From Eledone cirrhosa (Eukaryota): a stretch of 64,000 nucleotides of DNA. Where the stretch lies: positions 52,142,001-52,206,000 of the forward strand of contig OZ024751.1 in assembly GCA_964016885.1 (NCBI GenBank), in the 5' to 3' direction. The position numbers and the translations under genes were made by a program. The notes under the pieces were generated by a model that searched no databases, was not told the origin of the DNA, and was given only the letters and a program-made list of their open reading frames with translations. Positions within the stretch are counted from its first letter, which is position 1, and each line of letters begins with the position of its first letter. This document shows, piece after piece, positions 1 to 13,465 of the stretch.

Positions 1-739
1 TGGTTGGTGTCAGACCGGCTTGGTAATATTTAGATATGACATCACTTCCTTACACACACCTTGCCTCTCTATCAATTAACATGCCACCTTCTTGGATCGT
101 ATAAAACACTCCTCTTTCTTATATAATTCCTGTCGTATTTTACACATTGTGTGAGAGCAGACTTCGTTTTTTGTCTTGTTAACATGCTAAAACGACACCC
201 ATTTCAAAAATAGCTATCTATATTAGTTAATTATTTTTCGACTCGTGACTAACAAGCTGTTGTCGCTGGCTTCACGTACTACTTTCTTATTCCTTGTAAA
301 TGCTGCCTTTTAATAGTTGATAGCATTAATTCACGTTCGAACACAAACGTTGCCATAAAAAAAAAAGTCGGTGACAGCTAATTAGCAAAGCCATTAGATG
401 AGATTATGGCATATTTTTGCTTGGAACTTAACTGTAGAAAGTGTCCCGGTTGGCGGAAACAGTTGAGAACTTACAATTACTTACTGATAATTAATGATTC
501 TAATCACTATTTTACATTCTTGTCATCTCATTAAATTGAACTTATTATAGGCCGAGATAATGTCCCGTTTTAGAGTGCAAACACTGTTTAAATAATAAAA
601 TAAACTTACTCACATCAAATAAAATCTATAATCCTCTACATTTATTTATTGTATTTCAAAGTAAAAAAAATAATTTATTATTCCGACTGGTTTAATTCAT
701 ATCAATTTGAAATGCATACATATATAATCAATGAAGCAT

Positions 740-1090
740 ACACTTACAATCTACATATATACTATCTACATACACTTACTGTCAACACACACACACATTA
801 TCTACATACACTTACTGTTAACATACATTTACAACCTACACTACAATCTAGATACACATACAGTCAACACACACAGTCAACGCACTTACAATCAACACAT
901 ACAATCTACATACACATACTAGCTACATGCATACACTTACAATCAACATACACTTACAGTCGAGAGGCACTTACAGACGAGACGCACTTACAGACGAGAC
1001 GCACTTACAGACGAGACGCACTTACAATCAACAGACGCACTTACAATCAACACACACACTTACAATCAACACACACACTTACAATCAACA
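740..1090. repeat. Degenerate minisatellite (ACACACTTACAATCA / GAGACGCACTTACAGAC-like units)
   Basis: Repeated cacttacaatcaac and cttacagacgagacgca motifs. These explain the low-complexity 649-1197 ORF. Confidence 0.8.
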
Positions 1091-1515
1091 CAAATAACAA
1101 TAAAAATAAGTCTGAAAGAAAGAGAAAAATATATGCAAACATCGTCAGTTACACGCTAGAAGAGGGAATGTTGGTGTTGCCTTCTAAATATTTTTGAGGC
1201 ACGTCAAACTACTCACAGCATTACTGTGATAACATAGCTGAGATGAAGGAACAACAAAGCACCCTCATGAACATCAATTAGGTTTTCTTTTCAAGATCGC
1301 TAGACGCGCGCGTGTGTGTAAGGAAATGCTGAAACTCGAAACCATGTTGATGTTGTTTCAGGTATTAATTACTGTAGTTCTAAGTTTGTGTGTGGTGTTG
1401 CACTGCAGGAAGTTACTTTATTTACGTAGAAAGGTAACTCAACAGCAGATTTCACATATCTTCACACATCTTCCAGAGTGGGATGGACAAAAAACCTATG
1501 TAGAGATGATGTAAA

Positions 1516-1693
1516 AGTAAAAATGTAGGCTCTCAAAGCTGGTAATAGGCCCAGGCCAGATGTAAAAAATGTAGGCTCCCAAAGCTGGTAATAGGCTCAG
1601 GCCAGATGTAAAAATGTAGGCTCCCAAAGCTGGTAATAGGCTCAGGCCAGATGTAAAAATATTGGCTCCCAAAGGCCAGATGTAAAAATGTAG
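1516..1693. repeat. Tandem repeat, ~45-bp unit, ~3.5 copies
   Basis: gtaaaaatgtaggctc(t/c)caaagctggtaataggc(c/t)caggccagat repeated head to tail. Confidence 0.9.
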
Positions 1694-1983
1694 ACACCAT
1701 TTCAAACTGCTCATTAACTATTTAAGCAATCAGTGCTAAATAGCTAATTCTATATAATTTAGTGTTAGTTGCAGGTATGTACATGTAGTGTAGATGATGT
1801 ATTTACAAGGAAAAGAACCAGGATATGAAATAAGTAAAGCTCCTCAAAATCATAGACTTCTTTATGCCAGCAGGTGTAGCTGGAGGATCAAGGTAAGACT
1901 AATAATGAATACAAGGAATAAAATTGGACAAGGAATCAATGTATGACAATAATTCTACACCTCTATATGTTGACAATGAACTC

Positions 1984-2026
<43 letters not shown>

Positions 2027-4537
2027 TGGTGATTAGGATCCACCAAAGAGAGGAGGGTTGGCCTGTTGACACGAGCCTATGATCTTCAGGGTTTATTCTC
2101 CTTTGTTAGAAGTAAAGGGAAGGGGATCCTTTGGTAAAACAATTTAGTTTTTTTATGAATCATTCTATTTTTTTTTAAATTGTTACCTTAAGTACATAAT
2201 GTACATAATCAATGTTTTACACCTATTTTCCATGCTAGCATGGGTTGGACAGGTCATTAGCATGGTTTCTATGACTTCATGCCCTTTATAATATCAACCA
2301 CTTCACAGGATGTAATGGGTGTATTTTTTTCCATGGCATTATCATAACACCTGATAGTGTGGACTGGATGCTTTTATTGTGGTACCACTACAAGTATCCA
2401 TATCCTATACAGAAATTATATGTATTCAGCACTGGTTACTTCAGGAACAGTTTGAAATGAGACCAGCATTTCACATTTTGCATGGGCCTGGTGTTGATAT
2501 ATTCACAGCCACAAGACAATCAAGGCAACAAAGAAACTTATATGGTGGTGGAGATGAGGAACCATCTTAGTACCCAGGTTGAATTGCAAGTTTATCTGTA
2601 TTGGGGAAAACTAATGGTTTAATGGTGATAAGACTTTGGTTAAGGAAGAATTTATGACAACTGTGAAGAATGGTTGAGGGCATGGCACAGGGCCAGCAAT
2701 TTGGGTCAATGAGAAAATTTATTTTATCAACCCCGGGAGGATGAAAGGCAAAGTTGGGATTTGAATTTGGAATGTAGAAAGTTGTATCTAAATATTGCAA
2801 AGCATTTTTGTCTGATGCTCTACTGATACTTCCTATCCACTTTATTAAGAAAGTATAATGAAACTCTTTGTCAGAGGGAACACTCCTTTTGTGACTAGTA
2901 GTTGTAAAATATACATTGAAATGAAGAACAACCAGCTGGCAGGACACATAGTTTATGTGAAAACTGCAAGATTGAATGATAAGGTGAAGAGAAATATGTA
3001 CCATAAAGTTGGTATTTGGTTCTCTCAGCAATAAACTATTGAAGGATTAGGGTGAGGGATATTGTGAGAGATATTCAGTTGAATAAAATTTTTCGAATAA
3101 AAATTCATGTATTTATTTTCCTCCAGACCAATTAGTTGGCAAACATTCCCCTTATGAGTCTTTAAAATCTAAAACAAAAATAAAGGAGATAATTCTAATA
3201 AGATCAAATGACTGAATTTTTTGGAAAATAAAGATGATGCAGATGGGAGTTGATCTTCTCTTTAAACCAACTAGTGAATGCAACATACATGTTTCAATCA
3301 TATTAACCTTTCTCCATTTATGACTGGTACTTAGACTTATGCTTTTGTCTCTAGATAGGTGAAAAACAAAACAGAAACAAAATCAACCCAGGCTGGAATT
3401 TAAATGGACATAACAATGTCTGTTGCCCAAACCTGCTTAATGTACCCCCCCCCCCCCCCCCACACTCTCCAACATTACAAACTGCTCATTAAGTATTTTA
3501 GTAACCAATGTTAAATACATATAAAGTACATATATGTACATAGTGTATATAATATATTTAAATAAGTAACAGAACAGAATGAAAAAACTGGAACTTTGGT
3601 GGGAGAGGCACCCTTAAAATTGTAAACTCATGCCAGTGGATCTTAGCTGGTTTTGTGGAGGCTGCTTTACTGATAGTGCCATAATGCAGTTGTAACTATA
3701 GAAACAGATATATTGTCACACTGTTGACTCAGCCAGCTATGACTCTATATAATTGTGTCTATTGACCAGATAAAGTAGGCTTATGTGAATGCCTAAGATT
3801 ATGTATGTATGTATATGTGGCTGTAAGTATATTCTTACACATATTCACCTACCCACACAGCTCGGGAAGTAATGATAAATAGTTGTTAGAAGTAACAATA
3901 AGTACAAGGTCAAAATTTGGTTGGGTGGTGGAAAGAGGGTTTAGTTGATTATATCGACTCCAATATTTGACTGGCACATTATTTTATTGACTCCAGAAGA
4001 AGGAAAGGCATTTTTGACCTCAGAACATAAAGGGTCAGAACAAATACCCCAAGAAGATTTTGTCCAACACTTTGACCTCTTTCTTACCAAATTTCAACTA
4101 ATATATACTGCCTTCAAATCATTCTGAAAATAGAGAACTTTGAGAAGTTTAGTAATATAACTTACTCATTATTAAGCTGGTGTTTGGAACATAAATTAAA
4201 GGTTTTTTTTTACATAAAATAATGATGTAATTTAGATAAACATGTTGAAACAAGTGTCTTGTATCAAAATGGTTGATCCTTCCTTTTAAGAGCAGATTCT
4301 TTTTAATGAAATAATGAAATACATCAAATGTCTCAATTAATTTTGAAAATATTCAAGAATTCGTATGTTTTACTAAAATAATGTTTTAAGTTTGGTGTGT
4401 AGAATATAAGTTCTTACATAAAATTATGAGGTTTTACTTTAGATATGAACACTTTAAAATGGATAGTTTTATCACAGGAGCAGAGGCTGTTTCAGGCATG
4501 TTGGTAACAAAAGGGTTAAAGGTTCTGCCAATCCATA

Positions 4538-4922
4538 ATAATAATTATTTCTACTTTTGGCACAAGGCCAGCAATTATTCCAGTACATTACTGGTACTTT
4601 ATTTTATCGACCCCGTAAGGATGAAAGGCAAAGTTAACCTCGGCGGGATTTGAACTCAGATCATAAAGGGCCGTAACTCTTTGCTGCTAAGCATGGTGTC
4701 CGACTCTCTACCGATACTGCCAATCCGTCGTTATAATAATAATTGTTTCTACTTTTGGCACAAGGCCAGCAATTACCCAATGCATTACTGGTACTTTATT
4801 CTATCGACCCCGTAAGGATGAAAGGCAAAGTTAACCTCGGCGGGATTTGAACTCAGATCGTAAAGGGACGTAACTATGCTGCAAAGCATGGCGTCCGACT
4901 CTCTACCGATACTGCCAATCCA
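4538..4922 (-). mobile_element. Two tandem copies of a ~195-bp tRNA-derived SINE
   Basis: The minus strand has an A-box-like TGGCAGTATCGG and a B-box GTTCAAATCC, then a conserved core (gcctttcatccttacggggtcgata...aaagtaccag) and a (TTA)n tail. Further copies are at 5028-5142 and 16660-16780. Confidence 0.8.
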
Positions 4923-5027
4923 TTTTCCATGATTGCTTGGGTTAAACAGGCTGTCATGTTCTGAGGCTGGACATTTTTAGCATGGTTTCTACAGCTAGAT
5001 GTCCTTCCTACAGCATGTAAAAAATAA

Positions 5028-5142
5028 TAATAATAATTGTTTCTACTTTTGGCACAAGGCCAGCAATTACGCCAGTACATTACTGGTACTTTATTTTATC
5101 GACCCCGTAAGGATGAAAGGCAAAGTTAACCTCGGTGGGATG
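5028..5142 (-). mobile_element. 5'-truncated copy of the same SINE
   Basis: Near-identical to the 3' part of 4538-4922. Confidence 0.8.
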
Positions 5143-5651
5143 TGGTTACATTAGAATGAGAGACATAATTGTTTATATTGAGTCATGTATGTCTTCTGAT
5201 ACTTATTTTTTACCTCTCAAAAGAAATAGTCACATTGCAAGATTTGAACTCAGAATGTAAAGGAAGACAACTCTGTAATGCATGATATTCTCTCAGTTGC
5301 TCTACCGATGTTGCTAACTTGGTGTCTTTCTACCAATGATAATATTCACAATATTGAAAGTTTTGATTTGAAAACAACTTTTAATGTTTTTATCTGGTTG
5401 TGTTTGATTTTTTTGTAGTCAAGTCAATGATTGAAATCAATTGAAAATACTTATATAACTGGCACCAGATGTTTACTTCACATACAGATATAAATTTGAT
5501 CATGTTATATATATATATGGGTTTGTGTGGGTGTATATATATATATATATATATATGATATATATATATATGCAAAAGTTCTATTTAAATTGTTGGGATA
5601 CAACAAGCAAATATTTTTATAACTGATATAAAGCACTCATATATATATATC

Positions 5652-6788
5652 TAGGGCGGATAAAATTCCCGAGATCCATGGACGAGTTCTCTCCAGCAGT
5701 CTCTGTCCCTCATTATCGCTGCCATGTCCTGCGTCTCCAACAGACCAGGGCATCAACATACGTTAACCTTGGTCTTCCTCTTCCAGTGTGTCCATGCAGG
5801 GGCTCCCACAGGAGCACTGCTGTGCAGTGTCAACTCTAGATGTTGGTGAGCATGTCCAGCTAACCTCAGTCTCCTCTGTGTTACTTTTGAGCTGACTTTT
5901 GGGAGGCTCCCATACAGCTCTGAGTTTTTCATCCTCAGTGTATACTGATTAATGTTCAGAGCCATCCTCAGCATTCTCGTGTAGCACCCATCCTCCATCT
6001 GAGTGAGTTTCTTGGTCAGTGTCCAAGTCAGCACCGTACAGCAGCACAGATTCCATAACAGCAATGAAGAGGCGGATCTTCAGGTCTTCACGAAGGTCCG
6101 ACTTCCACACCGATCTCAAACTGTGGCACGCCGCCCAGGCTTTGCTCTTCTTCTCAACCACATCATCTTCCGTATTCCCAATCTTTGCTTCCAAATACAG
6201 GAAGTCCTCAACTAATTCCAGTGGCTTCTCGCCTACATTAGTAATCTCCTCTGGCTTCTCAACATTCTCTACCAGACATTTTGTCTTAGTCTCATTCATT
6301 CTCATCCCCACACTCATCGACACAGTCTCAACTTCCTGCATCAAATCCTCTGCAAAGTGCCTTCCTGCGGTCATGGTTTTCATTGACTTTAGGAAGGCCT
6401 TTGATTCTGTGGACCGTCACTGCCTGATGAAGATCTTACAGGCTTATGGAATCCCCAAGAAGATAGTGGACCTGATATCACTGCTCTACACCAACACCAA
6501 AGCCCAAGTCATTACACCTGATGGGATGACAGAGTTCTTTGAGATACTGGCTGGAGTGCTCCAGGGAGATACATTGGCTCCCTACCTTTTTATCATCGTA
6601 GTGGACTATTGTATGCACCTTGCACTGGAGAAACACCAGGACTCTGGCTTTACTGTAACACCGGCTCAGAGCAGGAGAGTTAAGGCGAAAAAGATATCGG
6701 ATGCTGAATTTGCCGATGACATAGTTTTGGTGACAAATACAGTGAAGGAGGCAGAGAATCTGATGCAGGAAGTTGAGACTGTGTCGAT
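5652..6788. mobile_element. RTE/RTEX-group LINE fragment with 5' inversion (minus-strand 3' part 5652-6353; plus-strand RT core ~6365-6788)
   Basis: Plus strand: FIDFRKAFDSV, GVLQGDTLAPYLFII, FADD. Minus strand: ESVLLYG, MLRMALNI, RRLRLAGH. Frameshifted and flanked by (TA)n on both sides. Confidence 0.85.
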
Positions 6789-6849
6789 ATATATATATAT
6801 AACTTCCCATACAGATATAATTTGATCATTTTATATATATATATATATG

Positions 6850-7238
6850 TGAAGGCGCATTTCTTAGTGGTTAGAGCATTGAGCTTGCAACTGAAAGGTT
6901 GTGAGTTCAATTCTCGGACCGGGTGATGTGTTGTTTCCTTGAGCAAGACACTTTATTTCACATTGCTCCAGTTTACTCACCTGTAAAAATGAGATAAGAC
7001 TGGGGTCCCTATCATTCCACTGCAAAGTGGTTGTGGAGGTGTCACAGCAAAAAAACACCCAGCACTCACTGTAAATGAGGTTGGTGTTAGGAAGGGCATC
7101 CAGCTGTAGAAATCAAGCCAGAATCAGTTCCCGTATGAGCAAGCCTAGGTCAGCCGACCAGACACTGCCCACAACAGGACATCTCGTTTAACCCATGCTA
7201 GCGTGGAAGAATGGACGTAAAACGTTGATGATGATGAT
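6850..7238 (+). mobile_element. tRNA-headed SINE (CORE/V-like middle) ending in an RTE LINE 3' tail
   Basis: Head ttagtggttagagc...gagttcaattc, then ccttgagcaagacact. 7050-7238 closely matches the 3' end of the RTE at 48287-48480 and ends in (GAT)n. Confidence 0.7.
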
Positions 7239-8534
7239 ATATATATATATTTTAGTCAGGGAGGAAAAGACAGTGCTCATGACTCCTTTTATTCCCCCCT
7301 CTATATTTGCTCTCTATCACCCCTCCCCCTCTCCCTTGAAGATATTGGCTATATTCAGATCTGGAGAGGAGATGGTCCCCTCCACTGTATAAAATGTTCA
7401 AGACATGTTTTATACCACTATGGTGTTCCTACAACTCCATCAGGAGTTACAGGTCCATATATACAAAATCATATCTTTTCTATTAAGCATCTCCTGTTGC
7501 TGTTGTCATGTATATCTTGCCAACCAACTGGTAAAGAATATGGCGGGATTTCAAATTAAACAAATACAACAAGAATTTAATCTATTTATCTATCTATATA
7601 TGTTGGCAGTTCTTTCTTTCACTTCTTTTTTCTTTCTCTTTTCAAAGTGCCTGATTAAGGCCAACTGATGCCCTAAGCACGGGCCCCCTCCCTACCAAAT
7701 GGAGCTTCTATGACCCCCATCCATTGTCTAACAAGGTGTAGTAAGTGCTGAATAAAAATTCAGTTTACTTCCAGGCCAGACCCTATATTTAATATAAAAC
7801 CTGTTTTTTTTTAATATTACTTATTGTTACTGAATAGTAATAATATATTCATTTAAATAAAAAAAAAAATAACTGTTGAAGAGAAAAATACAAATATAAA
7901 AAATTACCTGTTATACCAAACTGCCTGAAACTACCCTGAGTTCTAATATACAAAGCTGTTTATTTTAAAGTGCTTATATTTATCTAAAAACCTCTCATGA
8001 TAATTTTATGTGGAAGTCAGTTTAATAATTGGAAAGGTGCATAACCGAATAACTTCAAATTATTGATTATTTTCAAAACTGTTTGAAAATCTTAATAGAA
8101 ATATGGTAACGAAATGGTTTATAGAAATATGGTAATGAAATGGTTAATAGAAATATGGTAACAAAATGGTTTAGAACATGTATGACATCTGATAATTTGT
8201 AAAGTAAATTAAATTAGTTTGTTTTAACAACCAAGACCGGGACAATTCTTATTTGTGCCATGTTCTTTTGGCTGTAAACCATTGCCTCAAAAAGTCTTGT
8301 AAAAGCCATGATGATCTTAGATTAAATCATCATCATCATTATCTTTGTGTGCGTGTATATATATATATATACACGCACGCACGCACACAAAGATGATATA
8401 TATATATGTATTATTACACTAACATCATCCTCTTTGAGCGTGTGTGTGTATATATATACAACACTAGCATCATCCTCTGTGTGTACATGTATATGTATAT
8501 ATAATATTACACTAACATCCTGTGTGTGTGTATC

Positions 8535-8550
<16 letters not shown>

Positions 8551-8629
<79 letters not shown>

Positions 8630-8970
8630 AGGATAGTATACTAACATTGTTCTGTGTTATATATAAAAAAAGCAAACAAATATTTTCTTCCCTTTGTTTC
8701 TTATTTCCCCCCTTCTAGCTATTATTATATTCCCCTGTACACACTCACACACACATATTCACACACTTACACATTCACAGACACTCACACATTCACAGAC
8801 TCACTTACACATTCACATACACACACTCACAGACACACATTCACACACACACACACATTTACACATTCACATACACACTCACAGGTACTTACACATACAC
8901 TTACACTCACTCACATATTCACAGACACTTACACATTCACATACACACTCACACACACACACACACACAC
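8551..8970. repeat. (GA)n microsatellite followed by a CA-rich low-complexity tract
   Basis: Directly visible. Confidence 0.9.
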
Positions 8971-9323
8971 ATTTAGGAGACATTGCAAAATATTTTTCTT
9001 TGTATCTCCCAGAATAAATCCTTATTTGGAATGACAAGGTTACATCCCCCCATTACATAGTGACATTCTTTCAGTAAACCTGTGGCTTATTTGTTACACA
9101 ACATACTTTATACTTAATTTGTTTTGTTATTTATTTCATTTATTTACTAAATATGTTATTATTCAATGTAATTTGTGTTGATAAAAAAAAAAAAAACGAT
9201 TATTTTTTTTCTTTATTTTACTTAGTAGCACTACCACCGTCACCAGACATGTAGTATGTGACAAGATTACACACACTCATATACACACACACAAATACTC
9301 ATACACACAGGCACACTCATTGT

Positions 9324-9479
9324 GGGCAGACCTCACAGTACCTACAGCAAACAGCTACGTGAGGATGTTGAGTGCAATCTAGAGGACCTGACATGAGCAA
9401 TGGACAACAATCGAATGGAAAAGGAGTCATGGCAATCTTGCAACGAGCGCACCAAGATGATGATGATGGTGATGATGAT
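9324..9479 (+). mobile_element. Decayed 3' end of an RTE/RTEX-type LINE
   Basis: Translates GRPHSTYSKQLREDVECNLEDLT*AMDN, followed by a (GAT)n tail. Confidence 0.5.
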
Positions 9480-9509
9480 ATGTATATATATATGTGCTTG
9501 AGTGTGGGA

Positions 9510-9700
9510 TCATCATCATCATCATCGTTTAATGTCCTTTTTCAACGCTTGCATGGGTTAGACATGTTGCCCCTTTGTGAGACAAGCCAGGTCGAAGGAC
9601 CAAGTTTTGCTCACAGAGAACTGATTCTAGCTTGGTTTCTATGGCTGGATGCCATTCCTAATGCCAACCACATTTACAGTGTGTACTGGGTGCTTTTTGT
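9510..9700 (-). mobile_element. RTE-type 3' tail (SINE or truncated LINE); older copies near 2210-2380, 10380-10690, 19025-19090
   Basis: (TCA)n + gtttaatgtcc...gcatgggttagac...ggctggatgcc.ttcctaa...tttacagtgtgtactgggtgc, homologous to the RTE 3' UTRs at 21680 and 48290. Confidence 0.65.
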
Positions 9701-11739
9701 TGTGAAACCTATATATAAATATATCAATGAAATTTTAGAATTTTGGGAGCAAAATAAATCTGAAAACATCTTTACAATGTGCCCCCCCCCCCCCCCCCCA
9801 CACACACACACTCATCACTGTATCTACTTATAATTTATTTTTCTCATGAAAAACAGGAAACAGTTGCTTGTTTTATTCATATATTTAAGAGTTTATGAAT
9901 ATATTTGATAATTTAACAAATTTTCTCCTTTTCTCACCCTGTTTCTGCCTCCATATCTTTCTATCTATATATCCATAGCTATCTATCTATATATCCATAG
10001 CTATCTATATATCCTTTAGTACACTAAATTCATTGTACAAAAAAATATGTACTTTCTTGTAATAATTTAGATTAAACAATAAGTAATATACTCACCCACA
10101 CTCCCACACATATATACACACACACACACATATGAATGTATGTATGTGTGCATGCGTACGTGTGTGTATGTGTGTGTGTGTACTTGTATAAAAATAATTC
10201 CTTTGTCAATTTGCAATAGTAGCAAATGTTATTTTCTATGTCCTATAAATAGACCACTTTAGTAATAAATTGAAAAAAAACAAAAACTTGTTTGTCATTT
10301 GAAAAGGAGAATTGTGGTTCTGAAATGTATTTATACTCAGAAAAAAGTATAATTTTGGACTACCACAACAACAATAATAATCGTCATCATCACCATTTAA
10401 CGTCTATTTTCATGCTTGCATTGTTTAGACAGGTTGTCACGTTCTGGCAATAGACTGGGTAGGTGACCATGTTTTGCTTGTACAGTCCATTTTTGACATG
10501 GTTTCTATTAGTGGATGCCCTTCCTAACACCAACTACCTTACAATATATACTGGGAGTATTTTGTTCTGGTGCCAACACTATTACTTTACAGTGTGTACT
10601 GGGTGCTTTTTAGCATGGCACCAGTACAACCATCTTGCAGAGTAGACTAAGTGCTTTCTATTGTGGCACCAGCACTGGGTGCTTTTTATCATGGTGCAAT
10701 CTCTACCATTGTACAGGTTGAGTTTTCATTGTAGCACATGAGACTACACAGGTTGTGTGAAGGTATAGTCAATTAAATCCTTGTGTAGAGGTGACTTTCT
10801 ATGCTTACAGGAGTTGGACAGGCTGTTATGGTCCAAGTCAGATGAAGGGCTTTTCTTAAGCTACCAGAATTCTCACTTCCGCTGAGACATATAAATTTAT
10901 TCAAATTTACAAAATTTATTGTGTCCATTGTTGAACAAAAGAAGTAAAATATGTATTAATGTTTGTATGGAGTGATAGAGATGCCATTGTGACATCTTTA
11001 AACCTAGTGGAGCCCATCTTCTCTCCGGGTTTCAGTGCAGCTGATTTCTTCCAGAGAAAGTGAGAGAGAGAGATAGAGAGAAATAGAGGAATAATCAACC
11101 CCCAGTACTGGACTGGTACTTTTTTTTATCGACCTCGAAAGGGTGAAAGACAAAATTGACCTCAGCAAGGTTTAAACTCAGAGGGTGCAGAGCTGAAACA
11201 ACTATCACAGACTTGCCTTCTATTGCTTCTATATTACTATGTATTTCACATCAAAGTGGAAATATGGATTCTTTATTATGAATTTACATCACAATAGCTG
11301 ACATTGATTTTTATCTATTTTATTTATGTCAAACATTGTTTGAAAATGTGAATATCTGCATTAATTACTAAATTGAACAAGAGTTTAATAGTAGTCGCCT
11401 ATTTTTTCGATTTTTAAGTCCATACAGCAGTGAGGGTACTGTCCATTTTTCAACCCAACCCAACTTGTTATCCACCCAGCTATGCCTGATTTGTAGTAAC
11501 TGTTTAATGCTGTCATGCATTAGATATGTTAACCCTAGCTTAAGTCTATATTAACTATTATGTGAACAGCATTATGAAAAACCCACACCAGAGACATATG
11601 GTGAGAGGTTATCAGAAGGATTTCTACAGATTTTCGAAGAAGCTAAAGAAGTACTTCATATGTAAATATAATTTAGTTGTTGAAGTGACAGCCAAACGAG
11701 TATCCTCCACCACCAACTAACTTTCTCTCTGCCATTGGG

Positions 11740-11815
11740 TCCTAGCCAACAGGAGAAGGCATTACCCTGGAGGATGGCGAGGGAGACGCGCTGAAACAGC
11801 CATTCCACCTCACAG
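11740..11815 (-). mobile_element. Short remnant of a CRE-like (restriction-like endonuclease) non-LTR element C-terminus
   Basis: Translates EVEWLFQRVSLAILQGNA, resembling the FQRxSxAIQxGNA motif I recall at the end of CRE-clade ORFs. Very short. Confidence 0.4.
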
Positions 11816-12026
11816 GTGGTTAGTAATGTGGTGGGTGTTGTAGTTGGGGTATGAAACTTCATTGACAGGTCACCGATGAAATTCTCTCTCTAAATAAAAT
11901 GACATTGAATCATTGAGTAGCTGAAATAAAACAAACCAGTTGTCTGTTTTACTGACTCCCATGATTCCACTACTTATGTTTCCCTTCCTTGAATCTGGCA
12001 CTCATTGTGAATAAAGTTGCCTGGAA

Positions 12027-12085
<59 letters not shown>

Positions 12086-12650
12086 TCTTCCTCCAAGCGT
12101 GAAACTAATACAATTTTATGTTTATTGCATCCTCTTGTTTCCATTATTTGTATACATGTATGTATGTATGTGTGTGTGTGTGCATGTATTTCTGGTGAGT
12201 CACAGACAGGGTATGTAGAAAGCCTATTAATAAGCCACAACATATGTGTGTGTATGTATGTGTAAAGGAGTGGTCTATCACCTCACAGGCCTCCTCATCT
12301 ACTTTAAGATCTATTGGCGAGACTGTTTTTTGTTTTTAAACCAAAAAAGTGTATAAATGTCTTTTACTGATATCAGTATTGTTGATTGTAAATGATGATG
12401 TGAGCTTTTGTCAATTTGAGGGTAGATTGTGTGTGTGTGTGCATGTGTGTTTATTCACGTTGGCATGGGTTGGACATATATAAATACACACACACACACA
12501 CACACATGAGAGTGGGTGGTTATGAGTAACTTGTATATTAATGTTTCAGAGAAGGGATATAACTTTTTAAAATCAATTTACCTAACCCATGATCATGATT
12601 CACAGGAATTGTTTAGGACTAAAGATGTTTATAGCTACCTATATATATAT

Positions 12651-12688
12651 ATGTAAGTATGTATGTATACGTACATACAGTAGCATGC

Positions 12689-12721
<33 letters not shown>

Positions 12722-13315
12722 TATACACATATGCATACAGGTACACATACATATATGCACGCATCAGTTTAGCCGACGTTTATTATAACGCCGGCCGCTT
12801 TGTTCGTTTGTTTGTCAACAAATCGAACAGCCTGAATTTATGCCATACGGTGTTAAGGCAACCACGTCACCTTTTTGTTCAACACTGACACAGGAACGAT
12901 GTACTAGTTTCAAGCTTGTTAGCTATCATCAGCACCGTTTACCCATCTGCCAGATAGTTGAACGTTCGAAAGTATATACTTTCCTTATGAAAATTAACGG
13001 CTGAGCAGCCTAATTTGCATATTGAGTGAGTTAAATCAGCCGTTAATTTTCATAAGGAAAGTATATACTTTCGAACGTTCAACTATCTGGCAGATGGGTA
13101 AACGGTGCTGATGATAGCTAACAAGCTTGAAACTAGTACATCGTTCCTGTGTCAGTGTTGAACAAAAAGGTGACGTGGTTGCCTTAACACCGTATGGCAT
13201 AAATTCAGGCTGTTCGATTTGTTGACAAACAAACGAACAAAGCAGGCGTTATAATAAACGTCGGCTAAACTGATGCGTGCATATATGTATGTGTACCTGT
13301 ATGCATATGTGTATA

Positions 13316-13348
<33 letters not shown>

Positions 13349-13465
13349 GCATGCTACTGTACGTCTGTATACATATATGTATGTACGTATACATACATAC
13401 TTACATTTAAGTAAGTGCCATACTAAGAGTGAGAAATGAAATTTCGTTTTCATTTTTTTCAACTT
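12651..13465. mobile_element. Foldback element: ~355-bp inverted arms (12651-13004 / 13036-13406), 31-bp spacer, ~60-bp one-sided tail, one hammerhead per arm
   Basis: The arms are near-perfect reverse complements, and the element lies between (TA)n runs. Confidence 0.9.
13101..13145 (+). ncRNA. Type I hammerhead ribozyme (mirror copy on minus strand at 12895-12939)
   Basis: aacggtg CTGATGA t agct-aaca-agct t GAAAC ta GTA^catcgtt. Stem I is 7 bp, stem II is 4 bp and stem III is the palindrome ACTAGT. Confidence 0.85.

Noticed and set aside
1-3100. Host gene exons or promoter (ORFs 649-1197, 1314-1514, 2567-3031)
   Set aside because: No recognisable domain and no convincing splice pattern; the first ORF is repeat-derived. 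The window could still be intronic.
6019-6825. 268-aa ORF as a real protein
   Set aside because: It is a chimera of antisense LINE sequence and the inverted RT core.
6850-6925. Functional tRNA gene
   Set aside because: It has only degenerate A/B boxes and no full cloverleaf, and it continues into a SINE body.
12651-13406. MITE or DNA-transposon interpretation of the palindromes (also 54807-55489)
   Set aside because: One-sided tails, internal hammerheads and homology to Penelope terminal repeats fit a retro-origin better, though this is not formally excluded.
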